Positions 27,221 to 40,096 of a stretch of 64,000 nucleotides of DNA are shown here, piece after piece. The position numbers were made by a program, and so were the translations under genes. Position 1 is the first letter of the stretch. Every line of letters begins with the position of its first letter. Origin of the DNA: the human T2T-CHM13v2.0 reference genome, Homo sapiens; assembly GCF_009914755.1 (NCBI RefSeq), contig NC_060929.1; one strand, 5' to 3'. The notes beneath the pieces were generated by a model, which saw only the letters and a list, made by a program, of their open reading frames with translations, had not been told where the DNA came from and did no database searches.

Positions 27221-27440
27221 CCAAATCTTATCCAAGTGGTTCAGACTCATAAGAGAGACATAAAGTCATTGAGGTAAAGCAACCAGAGGCTCCTCGAAGG
27301 AGCCCTGAGAAACGGAAAGATGGGAAAGCAAGACAGGTGATATGCCACATTGTACAAGGCTTATCTGGGCATCCTGGTGTAACCTCGTGTCTGCATCAAC
27401 CACTGTGAAGAGCGCTGTGTAACTCTGTATCCATACGAAC

Positions 27441-27495
27441 CTCGATTTCCACTTGGTTGTGAAACTGACACAGCGTGAGCCACAGGATTTCCAGC
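27441..27495 (-). CDS. LPCAT1: LPCAT1 exon 8 (LEILWLTLCQFHNQVEIE)
   Basis: Acceptor TTTTTAAG|G, donor GAG|GTTCGT, 55 nt; restores phase 0. Confidence 0.95.
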
Positions 27496-28761
27496 CTTAA
27501 AAACAGATTGCACAATGTTGAGCAGATTTACAACTCGGGTTAACAAGTAAATTACTCCCAATTCTGGGGTGAAACCTCCAGACGCGCCCTCCAGAGGGCG
27601 CTACTGGGCAGTCAACGCTCCCACGGAGGGGGTGCCGTGCCCACCCAGCCCGAGCCCCAGTGTGACGTACAGCCGTGGGTGGAAATGCTGCTTTTCCGAT
27701 TCAACACCTGCTTATGTCCTTGGTTCGTCTAGCAAGACACCATCTCCTGCTTGTTCTCCAGCTCAGGAGACCTCGTACAGCCCACACCTGTCCCTCCACA
27801 CCTGTCCCTCCTCGCTGTCCCCAGGCAGCACAGGCCCTGAGTCATGCCACCCCTCCAGCCTGGATCCAGAGTTCCCAACCTCAGAACCAGGATCACCATG
27901 CCTTTGCCGCAGGAGTTGACATGGGAGACATTTGGAGCTGCTCCCAGGGCCACACTCACGCCTCCGACAGCCCAGTGCCCCAACCCTCTTTCTGCCCTGT
28001 CATGCCAGCCCCAGCCCTAGGCCCCCGGGACCCCAGAACCCCTATACCCCCCAGAGCCCCCTCCCAGCTCTGCTCCCAGCTGGGAGCCTCCACACGCCAG
28101 CCTGGGAAGCGCTGACCTCAACACCTTCACCTGAAAGCACCAGCGGACCCACATCCTCCCAAACGCCTGGAATGGAGCTGCTCTCTCTTGGACTTTCCCG
28201 CTCCCTCTGCCCTCCCGACGTCAGCTCAGACGTCAGCACCCAGGAGGCCCTGACCAGCCTGTGGCCCCGGGCTTCTCCTCTGGGGCTCGTTCCCGTTTCC
28301 GTGGGGTTGTTCATTGTTGCATAACTGACCTTCGGTGTCTCTGCTGGGGGGACAGGGACACTGACTCACAGCAGGGGCTGGCCTCCCACCCAGCACTACT
28401 CAGTCTCTGTGCCTGTGCAGACGGGGTCCCCCCAGACACCCCTAAATCTCCACTTTCCTTACCAGGGGCCACCAGGTGGACGATCGTAATTACTGAGCTG
28501 GCAAACTCGAGAGCCGAATGCAAGACTCACAGTTCCCTTCCTGCTGGTACTGAAGACGTGCAACTTAAGACCCCAGAATCCAGGAGTGTCAGGCCTGGGC
28601 CACATCTGTACGTTTAGTTTTCACAATGGGCTGAACCTAACGGCTGTCCCACACCTGCTTTCACAACTGCAAAAGTAACTAGCGTGCACAGCAGACCCCA
28701 AGCAGCCCCTACGTGTTCATGGAACAACAGGACAAAGAGGACGACACGGCGTTCAACTTAC

Positions 28762-28796
28762 GCTCCAGGTCCTTGCCACGTCCATGTGATGGTGTC
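28762..28796 (-). CDS. LPCAT1: LPCAT1 exon 7 (DTITWTWQGPGA; 35-nt small exon)
   Basis: Acceptor CTTCCTCCCCAG|GAC, donor AGC|GTAAGT. Confidence 0.95.
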
Positions 28797-30217
28797 CTGG
28801 GGAGGAAGAGGCAGGGTCAGTCAGCATGGGGCCTGCACCCAGGGCCTGCACCCAGCACCTGCGTGTGCCGGCCTCTCCCTGCACCTCCCACCCCACAGAG
28901 GCGCTGCAGCCAGGGGGAAGGGAGGAGGGTGCTAGAGCTCCAGCTTCCCAGAGTCCCTGAGGATCCAGGACTCGGACCAGCCCCCCAGCCTGAGGTCCCC
29001 AGAGCCTCTAAGGACCCAGAGAACCACCACCTTACAGGTCCCCAGAGTTCCCCCAAGATCCCCAGAGTCCCTGAGGACTCAGAGCCCCCTCTTATAGGTT
29101 CCCAGAGCCCCTAGGACCTGGGAAAAGGGTCCTCCCTCCCTCCATGCTCTCCGCTTTCCTCACAGACCTGGGGACACCAATTCCAGTGTGCACCCGGGAC
29201 CCCGGCCCTCTCCTGCCCACCGCTCTCTCCAACTGCTCTGAGTGTTCCCCCAACCACGGTGCATGTGCAGGGCCCCCCCACCCCGGGTGCTCTGAAGTCC
29301 CATCTTCAGCCTCAGTGCCGCCGGGCAGGGACCACACAGCAGGGGCCGTGACGGCAGAGGCCCAGACACCGTCACCCTGGGGTGGACCTTCTGCTCCCCT
29401 GACGGCTAAGCTAGTGCTTCTTGGTGCATCCAGTAATAGTGTGTTGCTTTAAACACACTGATGAAACAATCTTAAAAGTGGAAAATCTAGATGACTGCAC
29501 AGATCGGAGTCTGTTGTCCTCGGGTTGACTTTTTTGCCCACAGGAGTTGCACTGGGGCATGGTTTCCGCAGCGGAGGCAGGAAGGGGCCCTTGGCCAGGA
29601 GCCTGGCTGACAAACGCACGCCTCAGTAAGAAGGAAGAGGTCTTTCAGTCGTGTGACTACCGGCCCTGACTCCATTTTATTACCTGACCGTCAGCTCTCC
29701 GGGCAAAGTGAAGCCCGGCAGGCATCGGACGGGACAGGCCCTGAGGCGGATGGCCCAGAACCCTGGCACCCAGAGGTCACCTGTATTTCTGCCCCACTAT
29801 GTCCTGACCCACGGGGGTTTTCTTTCAGTGCTTTCCTTTGCCATCACAAAAAGGAACTGCTATAGACGGGAAGCTCGCTGTGATGGGCAGGCCCTCCTCG
29901 GTGCTCTCCCAGGTGGGTGCTCCACCAGGAACCTGCAGTGAGCCCAGCACCAGTGGGCTGTGGGGACCTTGAGTCCACCTGGGCCGTCTTTATGCTCCAG
30001 GAGCCCATGAAGGGGCAAGGACGTGCGGGAGTCATTGCTGTGGAAGGGGGAACACAGCTGGCACCAAATGAATGCCCTGAGCTCGGCGGCAGGCCTGTGA
30101 GGCAAGGTCGCCTAAGTGGGGAGGGCCGATGGAACCGGAAGTATTCTGAGCATCCAAGAGCACCTGGAGGAAGGTGCAGCAGCCACCTTACAGATGTGGA
30201 AACTGAGGCAGGACATG

Positions 30218-30510
30218 GGCAGGGGCGGGGCCAGGGGGTGGGGCTGCGGCCAGGGGCAGGGATGGAGCAGGGCCTGGGTCAGGGTGGGGTGGGGCGGGGC
30301 AGAGCCAGGGCAGGCTGGGGTGGGGTGGGCTGGGGTGGGGTGGGGTGGGGCAGAGCCAGGGCAGGGTGGGGTGGGGTAGGGTGGGGCAGAGCCAGGGCTG
30401 GGATGGGGGGAGTAGGGTGGGGCAGGGGGGTGGGGTGTGATGGGCCAGGGCAGGCTGGGGTGGGGTGGGGTGGGGTGTGGTGTGGTGGGCTGGGGCAGAG
30501 CCAGGGCAGG
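30218..30510 (+). repeat. G-rich (GGGGT)n / GGGGCAGAGCCAGGGCAG repeat with G-quadruplex potential
   Basis: Dozens of G3-G4 runs separated by short loops. Confidence 0.92.
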
Positions 30511-31166
30511 CTAAGCCTCCTCCAGAGGCGGCAAGGCCCCATGGGGAACTGCTCTGAGGCCTCGTCCAGACTTTCTCCCAAAGGTGGGGTCTACCACCTT
30601 CGCCCCAGGAGCTCTGGACCCCAAACACCTTCTTAATTCTCTTAAACCAAACAAAACCTGGGCACTAAATGATAAAACCACAGAAATGACAAAGTCACCT
30701 CCTTTCTCTCCAGCTGCCTCCGCCTTCCAGAACTTAAATGTTCTTAATTTTTAAACTTCCTGGAGCATGAACTGGGTACTGAAAGCTGCTGGGGGCCCTG
30801 GCCGGTGATGTGGGGTGGAGGGGTTCCCTCTCCAAAATGTCAGGTTTGGCACACAGAGGAAAGGGCAGCTTTGTCAGGAGCTATGGAAGCAGGGCTCTGG
30901 AACACTGGGGACCACTGTGGAATCATGGGGTTGATCAGGGACACGTGCATAGAACAGGCCGCACTCAGGAACGTGCCGAGCCCAGGGCCCGGGCCTGTCC
31001 TGCCCTCTCCAGCGCTGAGGCCGGATGGACTCAGCATGGCCAAGTGTGGGCTGTGGCGCAGATAAAGGGTGTGGAGAGACAGAGACACAGGTGCACAGAG
31101 GCAGCTCGCAGTTCCCGTTTCCCGGAGAATTCCCCTGGAAGCTGACCCCAAAAAAACACAACTCAC

Positions 31167-31225
31167 CAGTTTATTTGGATATCGTAAAACCACAGGCTGG
31201 ACGGGCGCTCCAGGGATGAATGCAC
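31167..31225 (-). CDS. LPCAT1: LPCAT1 exon 6 (GAFIPGAPVQPVVLRYPNKL)
   Basis: Acceptor GGCAG|GT, donor CTG|GTGAGT, 59 nt. Confidence 0.97.
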
Positions 31226-31454
31226 CTGCCGAGAAAGGAACAGCGGTGTTGCCCATGGCAGCCCACGCAGGACAGCGTCTGCTGCGTTTCTCATGCTGCC
31301 CTTGGGATAAAAGTGAGCTTTTCTGTCTAGGCCTTCCTGGTCAGCAAGGGCACTCCATGCCTGGACTATCTCAACATCTGTCCTGACCGTAAACACCCAG
31401 CGCCACAGCACGGATGGGCAGGAACATCGGCCAGGGGCGCTCCCCGGCCAAGGA

Positions 31455-31593
31455 ACACTTTCTGTTTTAACATCGCGCACAAGCTGGAAGGCGTCTGTGG
31501 AGGGACACTTGCTATTATAACATTGCGCACGAGCTGGAAGACATCCGTGGAGGGACACTTTCTGCTGTAACATCGCGCACCAGCTGGAAGGCG
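31455..31593. repeat. Tandem repeat, unit about 50 bp, about 3 copies
   Basis: ACACTT....TAACAT.GCGCAC.AGCTGGAAG....GTGGAGGG. Confidence 0.85.
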
Positions 31594-33304
31594 TTGGTGG
31601 GAAGTGGGGGTCCTCATCACCGGCCAATGCTCACCCACCTGACGGGGTTAGGGTCTGCCCTCACCAAGCACATACACCTGCCTCGGGGCCCCACCCGCCG
31701 CCCTCACCTGCCCCTGGGGCTCAGCTCCAAGGACGGGCGGATTTGGTCACAGCTGCAGCAGGACTTGCCCGGGATCTGCCTCTCTCTCTGAGTGGCTGCC
31801 ACCTGATGGGCTCCCAAGGAATCAGGAGGAGCCCCAGCGAGGCCCAGCTAGAGCCACAGGCCGCAGAGGCTCAGGAACTTCCCCGTTCCCACTGGAATTG
31901 TGGCTGTACCCAGCAGCCGCTCCGCCTTCTCACTGGCCGGAGTTGTGCCCTTGCGGGCTGGAGCAAGGCACCATGGACTCTGTGGATGATTGTTTCTATT
32001 TTAAATTCTATTTAAATCTCTATTGAAAGAGTTTTTTTTTAACCGGAAAACTCAGGCATCAGAAGTACTCAAGTTTTAGAACAGGACAGGCGGTCTGAGA
32101 AGGGCTCCCCTGCCTGGCGACCTGAGGCCAGGCAAGTGAATCCCCAGGCAGCGCGTTCCTCCCAGGCTGCCAGCGAGTGCCACTATGTGGTCAGGAATTT
32201 GCGGTTGGTCCTGGCTGCGGGATTCTGCACAATTCTGGGAGAATGGAGCCCATGCTTGCCCCTAGGGCTGCCAGGAGCATCTGTCCCTAGGGCCAATTCT
32301 CCCTTCACGGTGGCCTGAGGCCAGAGGCCCGTGTCAGGGCTGAAACCTCGAGCTGACCGCCCAACCCACTCAGCTTTCGTCTCATGCAGGACATCCACCT
32401 GCAGCCTTGGTGTCCAGCTGGCACCCCAAGTCCCTGGGCCCGTGTGCCGCAGCTTCCCCTGTGTCCAGGGCTGGGTTGCCCCCTTCCTGCTGTGGGCTCA
32501 GCAGCACCTGGGAGCAAGCTCATGCAGTTCACCCAGCACTTCTGTGTGCCCAGGTGGACGGGTGGCTGTGTCAGGGGAGGCGGAGGACGGCAGGGCTGGC
32601 ACAGACCCAGGCTCAAGCCCCAGCTCCAACGCCCGGCAGCCGAGTCCCAGCCCCTGAGACACGCAGTGTGGAGGAAATAGTCCTCATTGCCTGGGACCGA
32701 GCCCAGGAGCTCGCGTGGAGTGCCGAGACCTGCTGTGGGTGATAATGGCTCTGCTGCTACAGCTCAGCCGACCATCCCGACCATGTGTCAAGGGGACATC
32801 ACTGAAACTCAGTAAGAATCAAAGGAAACCTCAACACCCTGGGGACCTCTCAGGAAAGTCCCCAAGAGCACAGAAACCCCCCATGAGCCTGAAAGGTCAG
32901 TGACTTCATGGAAACCCCGGTGGGAAAGTCTGCAGGGGTCTCTGGCCTCCCTAGTCTCCCAGGGGCCCCTGAGGGTCAGCAGCACCCAGACCCCGCCAGC
33001 ACTGTGCACCCAAGGCAGGCTGCACAAGGGCCAGGCTGGGAGAAACCAAGATGAGGCAGTCAGAGCCCAGGGCTTCTGAATGCAGGAACAAGGCAGAGGG
33101 GAGGAGGTACGGGCTTCTAAACTGCACAGAAACCTCCATATTCACACATAGCTTGTGCTGGGCATGGGTCTAACGTCACTAGTTGCAACAATGAGGCTGG
33201 AAGATGGCTCAACAGGGACCCCTGAGGCCCCCAGAAGGCCATCACCCCTTATTCACCCTGACCATCCCCCACAGCCCACCCCACAGGAAGAAACAGTCCA
33301 CCAT

Positions 33305-33515
33305 GGCCCAGGGAGAGCCGTGTCCACATCTGCTCACAGCCTGTGCAGGGAGGCCGCTGCGGCCCAGGGACAGCCACATCCATGTTTGCTCACAGCCCGT
33401 GCAGGGAGGCCGGGGAGAGCCACATCCATGTCTGCTCACAGCCCGTGCAGGGAGGCCAGGGACAGCCACATCCATGTCTGTTCACAGCCCGTGCAGGGAG
33501 GCCACTGTGGCCCAG
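33305..33515. repeat. Tandem repeat, unit about 50-58 bp, about 4 copies
   Basis: AGCCACATCCATGTCTGCTCACAGCCCGTGCAGGGAGGCC core repeated. Confidence 0.9.
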
Positions 33516-36029
33516 TGAGAGCTGCGTCCACTTCCAACAGCCACATTTGGTAGGCCCGCCTCTGCATCCTTGGGCTGTCAGTGCCATCGCTGGGCCCACG
33601 CAGCATCCTAGGGCCTTCTCACTGTCTTCGTTCTGCTCTGAGAGCTTGGAGCTGGCAGGCAGGTGGGGTGTGGGCATGTGGAGGGCGTGGGCCCAGGACC
33701 TTCCAGGAGGGGTCTCCAGGTACCCAGTCAGCCGATCCTGCTCTAGTGCCCTCTGACAAGGAGGGTGAGTGTGGGCACTGGAGAGGAAGGCCCCACATGG
33801 GCCTGTTTCAGGAGCAACTCAATCCCTGCAGAGCCCTGAGGGTCCCAGCCCTGCTGGAACCCACCACATCCAGCAGACCCCACAGGGCTCTGCTGAGCTC
33901 TATCACCCCCACCTCAGAGGCGGCACCCCTGGCCTGGGTCAGAACAGGGGGACTCAGGTGGACAGTGCAGCACAGACAAGAGACACTCAGGAGAAAGAAG
34001 GCACCTGGGCCCAGGAGGACCCTGCTGGAGGCTCCAGGAGCCTGAGGCTGGAGGCTGGGCCCAATGCGGGAAGGTCTCCGGGGATGAAGGCGGGGAGTCA
34101 GCAGTGGTGCCCAAACGGGTGACCCCAGCAACGTGACCCCAACATCAGGCGATGTGATGAAAGGTGGAGGGAGGGTCTGAGTGGGTGGGCCGCCATGGAG
34201 CTGGGGCAGCTGGAGCCCAAGGCAGCAGGCAGGTTGTGGGTGCCTCTGTTGTCAGGCTCAAGGCGGGAGACGCTCACGGCTCTGGAGGGCTCCACCACGA
34301 GGCGTCAGGATCACGCACCACACACCAATTTCACCTCCAAACAGGAGGCTCCAAACCTCACTAAGAAGTACCCAGCTAAGACGCATGAGGGCCTGAGAGA
34401 TTCCGAACACGTGACTCGAGGCAGCCGGAAACCCGGGCCTGCAGGTGACACGCAGAACTCATGGCTGGACCCACTGGAAATGGAGACGGGGAAAGGATCA
34501 AGCCACCGTGTCATCTCCCCAGACCCCGTGGAACCCACCTGGGGCACAGCGAGCGCCCTTCCTGGACTGCACACAGTGAGCTCCTACTGGGCACCGCCAT
34601 GAGTCCCCTCAGTTTCGTGATATGCGTTGAGAGGTGCTCACACGCCCTCCTCACGTCTACACAAGGGCCGCCAGCTCCAAAGGGCAAGGCGATGGCCCTC
34701 CCCAGGGGCCTCCCTGCAGGCACGAGGCTCCACTCCCGAGGAACACCTGCCCTTGAAGACAGGGCCCAGCAGTGACCCCAGCCCCACACCTTGCCAAGGA
34801 ACAAGACCTGACGTACTTGCCAGCTGTCTTCTGCCTGGGGCCTTGGAAACACGGCCCACTTTTGGCCTTCACCAAGGTTGCCCACAGGCCACGCCCAGGC
34901 ACGGACCCAGTGTGGTGGGGGCACACGGATTCGTGGTCACCGCGTGCCGCCTCCACCCTCTGCATCTCTGGTTCTGATCAGAATGACTCAGAACCACGCG
35001 TGGTGAAGACAATGGAACGGGAAGACCCAGTACCTTCCAGTGAGCTGCACCTTGAAGCCTCTGGAAGCAAAACCTGCCATCTGCCTGCTGCACCAAGGAG
35101 GGTGGAGGGTGAAAGCACGCGCATCTGAGCTGGAGGAGGATGGCCACAGGCTCGGAAACCCCGGCGGCACACGTAGGTGAGTGACTGCACACTTTCTCGA
35201 CCCAGCTCCCATAAATGTCCAGACACTCAGGTTGTGCGGCCCCAGAGGCACGGCAGCCGGTGCCAGTGTGAGCGAGGAACTGGCTTTTCCACGTGACTCT
35301 GATCCAACCACAGAGAACAGGTCTGCATGCCCCAGTATGGACACAGTTGATGAAAGCCACTACTTTCTAAAGTAGCCCAAGGGAGACGACAGGATCCAGG
35401 TGGACCCTCTGACACGCCCAAGGGTGTGCAGAATTCCAAACAGACTCAGCGCAAAAAGAACAGTGGACTCTGCTGCCTGCTCACTGCCACACTTCCCACG
35501 TCAGGGGTGCAGACACAATACTAGACCCAGGTAACCGCCGCGGGAGAGACCCAAGTTCACACGCATTTGAGTCCCCCCTCCCCAGGGAGAAAGAACACTG
35601 TCTAACTGGGGACCTGGGGACCTGGGCATCTGAGGATGGCTCGCAGGGATTTGCACCTGGGATTCCCAGGCGGTTGTGGGGCGTGAGCTGCAGGCCAAGA
35701 AGGGTACCCTGAGCCATTCAAAGGCAGTGAGACCCCTTCTGCACCCAGGACCCTCCAGCCTGGACCTCAAAACAGAGGCAAACATCTATCTCCACCTCAC
35801 TGGAAACGCCCTGAAACCGTAACTTCTCCATCTTCCTGCAAACATGATAATCCTTGACTCACATTCTCAAATTTATTTTGTGACTTTTCTTAGGAATACC
35901 TCTAAGAACCCCAGCACACAGGATAAAAACAGAAACTGTTCTTATGTGCACAGCACATTATTAAAAAACATCTCTTTAATATTTTCCTTTTCTCTAGGAG
36001 AAAAATAAACATTTAAGAAAACTACATAC

Positions 36030-36090
36030 CAGGTTTGAAGGTAATTAGGCAGGTCCTGTTTGTACAAGTTCCTTCTGGAAAAATCATTAT
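36030..36090 (-). CDS. LPCAT1: LPCAT1 exon 5 (IMIFPEGTCTNRTCLITFKP; FPEGT motif)
   Basis: Acceptor TTCCAG|ATA, donor CTG|GTATGT, 61 nt; read manually, not in the ORF track. Confidence 0.97.
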
Positions 36091-37384
36091 CTGGAAGTGG
36101 GAGAAAGAAAAGGATCAGCATTAAACTGTACATAATTATAATTCAGAACTTACAGAAGCCAATCTTCACAATATATTTTCTTTTCTGCTGACATAATTTG
36201 GACACTGGGATCATATTCAGTACGTAAATTATTAAAATGCATTATGGAAGCACACACTGATTTCCGCTCTGCTGGTTTTATTAAAGTGTGGCAGCAGTAT
36301 CAACACATAAACAGCATCTGTCTTCTTCAACTACAGCTCCTGGAAAGCAGGGTAGTCGCGGTGCCCACCTCTCAGACACTGTGAGAACCAGGTGCAACTA
36401 AATATAACCCACGGTTGGCACAACATAAGCACCTCCTGGGGGCAGCACTCATTCTCATCAGGAAGAAGGTGGGGAGGAGAGCAAAGACCCACAAATGGCA
36501 GTGCCTGGCTGATGGAGCCGAAGGAGGGCTGGGACCCCAGCAACGGGCTGGATGAGCAGGAGAGCCGAGCCCCAGTCAGGCAGCACCCTCCACACCGGGG
36601 TTTCAATTCCTCCGACTCACACTGGCCTGCAGTAGCAAAAACTGCCCTCAAACTCCCAGCCCCGCAGGCTGCTTTCAGTTCTGGGCCCCGTGAGGAAGAC
36701 AGACCTCAGGGGGGCCGGCGTGGGCTCACCCTGGCAAGCCCAGGGCCAGGCAGGCCAAATGGGTGGGGGAGGAGACTGCCTGTGCTTGTGGGGGCAGAGC
36801 TGGGGCACCCTGGAAGTCACAGCCCTCTAAGGGGCTGCCCCCAGCCAGACCCTGCAAAGCTTCGTGAGCAATCAGATCCCAGACAGTTCTGTAAAATTTC
36901 CAGCTTCTAATGATGGCTCAGCTGGAAAGAAGAAAAACAGCGTCCAAGCTAATGTCAGCCAGGCTGCCCCTACAGCTGGGTTCAGGGCTTCTGAATGCCT
37001 GGGAACCAGCATACAGACCAGGAAGTTTACTCCAGGACTTTTAGAACCACCCAACACACAGCAGGCTGACACATCAACTCCAAAATCACACTGCACCAGG
37101 AGGGCGGGTGAGCAATGCTCTATCTGAGTCAGAACTTAGTTCAGAAAAGATGATTCAGGAAGCTGAGATGCATTTGAGAATTGTTTTTCTTTACTTTAAC
37201 TTTAAATTTCGGGCACCGAAACCAAATGCGCCTGACAGCACCCTCCTGAGTTCACGCACTCACTAGGAGAAGAGAATCAGAATCCAGCCCCGGAGGAAGG
37301 GCCCCAGTTTCTTTCTCCCCACTCGCGAAGTTCGCATCTTTCGGAATAAAACCACTGAAACACAATCAGGGCTACGTGCATTAC

Positions 37385-37497
37385 CTGTGGCCACTTTCCG
37401 TTGGACTGCGCCCGTCTCTTGATTTCTTCTACTGTTTTCCTGCGAGAATCCTGGTCTGACCGGGACACGAACACAGGCCGTATATACTGGATCAGAG
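37385..37497 (-). CDS. LPCAT1: LPCAT1 exon 4 (TLIQYIRPVFVSRSDQDSRRKTVEEIKRRAQSNGKWPQ)
   Basis: Acceptor TTCCAG|CT, donor CAG|GTAATG, 113 nt. Confidence 0.97.
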
Positions 37498-37881
37498 CTG
37501 GAAGAGAGGAGGGGAGACGGATCACGTGGAATGCACGGCTCTGGCCAGGCAGGGCTGAGGAACGAGGGGGCTGCTGCATGGCGCCCAGTGGGGCGGGAGA
37601 CTCCAGATGCCCCAGGGGCTGTGCCATGGGTGGGCTGTGAGTCCCTGCCTGAGGGAACGGGAACAGCACCCGGGCTTCCCATGTCTGTGACAGCAGGAAG
37701 CCCTGTAGCCTCAGTGCCACAAGTAACAAACAGCAAGTCCATGGCACCCACTGAGGACACGGAGCACAGAACGGAGGTCAATGAAAGACAACCGCCAGGA
37801 AGCAGAAAGTCTTTAGACCCAGTCTTCACAGAGGACAGGGTTGAAGGTGCCAGGTCCCTAGATTGGACCCCGCCTGCCCCC

Positions 37882-38285
37882 TGTGGGTTGAACTGCATCC
37901 CCTAAAAGACAAGCTGAAGTCCTCACTCCTGGTACCGGGAATGGGACCTCATTTCGAAACAGGTGGTAGCAGATGCTCAAGGTCCCGGATGAGGGTCCCT
38001 ATGGGAAGAGGAGACAAAGCAGATGCTCAAGCTAAAATCCCAGATGAGGGTCCCTATGGGAAGAGGAGACGAAGAGGGGGAGAGAAGGCCAATGATGAAG
38101 GAGGCCATAGGAGGATGCGGCCACAGCCCCCACCACGAGCCGGGAGGGCCGAGGGAGCTTTCAGAAGAGCCCAATGCGGCCAGCACTTTGTTCTGGCACT
38201 TCTGCTTTTAGACGGCGGGAGAATATGCTCCTGTTGTTCTAAGCCACCAGCTTTGTGGTGCTTTGTAGCACAGCCCCAGTTTAAC
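37882..38285 (+). mobile_element. MaLR (MLT1-like) LTR with an internal duplication of about 50 bp
   Basis: Start TGTGGGTTGAACTG..CCCCTAAAAG; end TGTTCTAAGCCACC...TTTGTAGCACAGCC. Confidence 0.7.
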
Positions 38286-38862
38286 CATGGCACCCCACAG
38301 CCTCCTGGAAGTTGCGGGGTTGGGGTACAAGGGACACCCCGCCATGAAGGCTGGTGCTCAGCCAAGGCAACGTGGCCACGGCACCTGTCTTTATGCAAGA
38401 GGATTGAACGTGGAAACATACTTCTTAGAAGAGAAAACTCTGAAGACTTTAAAATGAAACTATCCCTGAGTGGAGCTTCCTTTTTGAGGACGGTGAGCAG
38501 GATCCACACTCGGCGCCCCCCAGGCCAACTGAGGGTGTCTCTGACCCCACCACGGGCTCCTAGGCTGCTGCAGGTCAGCCCCACCTCCCCACCCCAGTTC
38601 AGTTTCCAGTTTCTTTTCTTAGCGTTTTTATTACTTGTAAGGAGTAGCATTTCATGACTTTTATTCTTTCTTGGAGGTTCTCTCCTCCAAGAACGAGAAA
38701 ATTGAAGCCAAAAAAAGAAAATTCCTTCTATCCTGTGGTTGTCTGTTGGGTCTCTGTGGTCTTTCCTATGTCTTGAATCATTTTGCTTTTTCACGATTCC
38801 AGTACTATTTCATCCTTGCTCATTGGTTATTCCCAACTCTGCTAAAAAGGACGATATCGGAA

Positions 38863-38956
38863 GGGAAGAATGGCGGAGTCGTCTCGCAGGATGGCGCACG
38901 CGTGAAAGGAAGGGAGGGAAGAATGGCGGAGTCGTCTCGCAGGATGGCGCACGCGT
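38863..38956. repeat. 41-bp exact duplication (period 53), CpG-rich
   Basis: GGGAAGAATGGCGGAGTCGTCTCGCAGGATGGCGCACGCGT at 38863 and 38916. Confidence 0.93.
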
Positions 38957-39647
38957 CAAAGAAATGGCCCTGATTGCGTGGTCTTTCGGTGCCCACTGTT
39001 TTGGCCAAAGCGTCCCATGGTCGTCCCGGGGCACACGGGGTCTGGAGATGCCACCCTGCCACCTTCGCAATCCTGTCAGCTGGTTTGTTTTGTGAACAGA
39101 GTAGAGATTTCAGAAGTTGTCTATAACGGCAAAGAACAGAACAGTGACGTGGGGGCGTTTCACACTCAGATGGGTCCGGGGGTAAATGTGGGGGGTGCAG
39201 GGGGAGGACTCTGAGTGAAGTCTTGGGCCGTGCGTCTTCATGTGGGTTGCCCGGTGTGCCTTTCACGCTGAGAACTGGGCAGTGAGGACAGCAAGGAGAT
39301 GCAGCTCCTCCCCGGGAGCCCTGAGGAGGGAAGGGTGTCACCACGCCGTGTGCACAGCCACACTGGGACTGGCGCATTTTGCCAGCAAGAAGGTGACAGC
39401 GTTCTGCCGTCTTTTGGGCATTTGAGGCTCAAACTTTCCTTGACAAGGTTTGTAAATGGATGGTGCGGATATGAAGGTCACTGAAAGGAAACTAAGAATG
39501 TGAAAAGGAAAAAATCTACCTGGTTGATCACTTTCATTGGTATTCATACATCTAAAAATGAAAATATTTTGAACATTTTCAACATTCATCTCTTCAACAA
39601 AGTTGTGAGCTGTCAAAGGGTCCACGAAAGGAACCAGAAGTCACCAC

Positions 39648-40096
39648 AAGCTGGGACCGGGGAGATGTCTCTGAGCTGGAAACCTGGGAGACGTCTCTGA
39701 GCTGGGACCAGGGGAGATGTCTCTGAGCTGGAAACCAGGGAGATGTCTCTGAGCTGGGACCATGGGAGATGTCTCTGATCTGGAAACCAGGGAGATGTCT
39801 CTGAGCTGGGACCAGGGGAGATTATCTCTGAGCTGGGACCACGGGAGATGTCTCTGAGCTGGAAACCTGGGAGATGTCTCTGAGCTGGGATGGGGGAAGA
39901 TTATCTCTGAGCTGGGACAAGGGGAGATGTCTCTGAGCTGGAGCCTGGGGAGATGTCTCTGAGCTGGGGCCTGGGGAGATGTCTCTGAGCTGGGGCCTGG
40001 GGAGACGTCTCTGAGCTGGGGCCTGGGGAGACATCTCTGAGCTGGGACCTGGGGAGATGGTTTTGAGCTGGAGCCTGGGGAGATGGTTCTGAGCTC
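39648..40096. repeat. VNTR, unit about 27-29 bp (GGGGAGATGTCTCTGAGCTGGGACC), about 16 copies
   Basis: Directly visible tandem array. Confidence 0.96.

Noticed and set aside
39648-40096. Regular short repeats resembling a CRISPR array (also 4257-4735 and 52635-53138)
   Set aside because: Head-to-tail units with no unique spacers, no cas genes, and a vertebrate intronic context.
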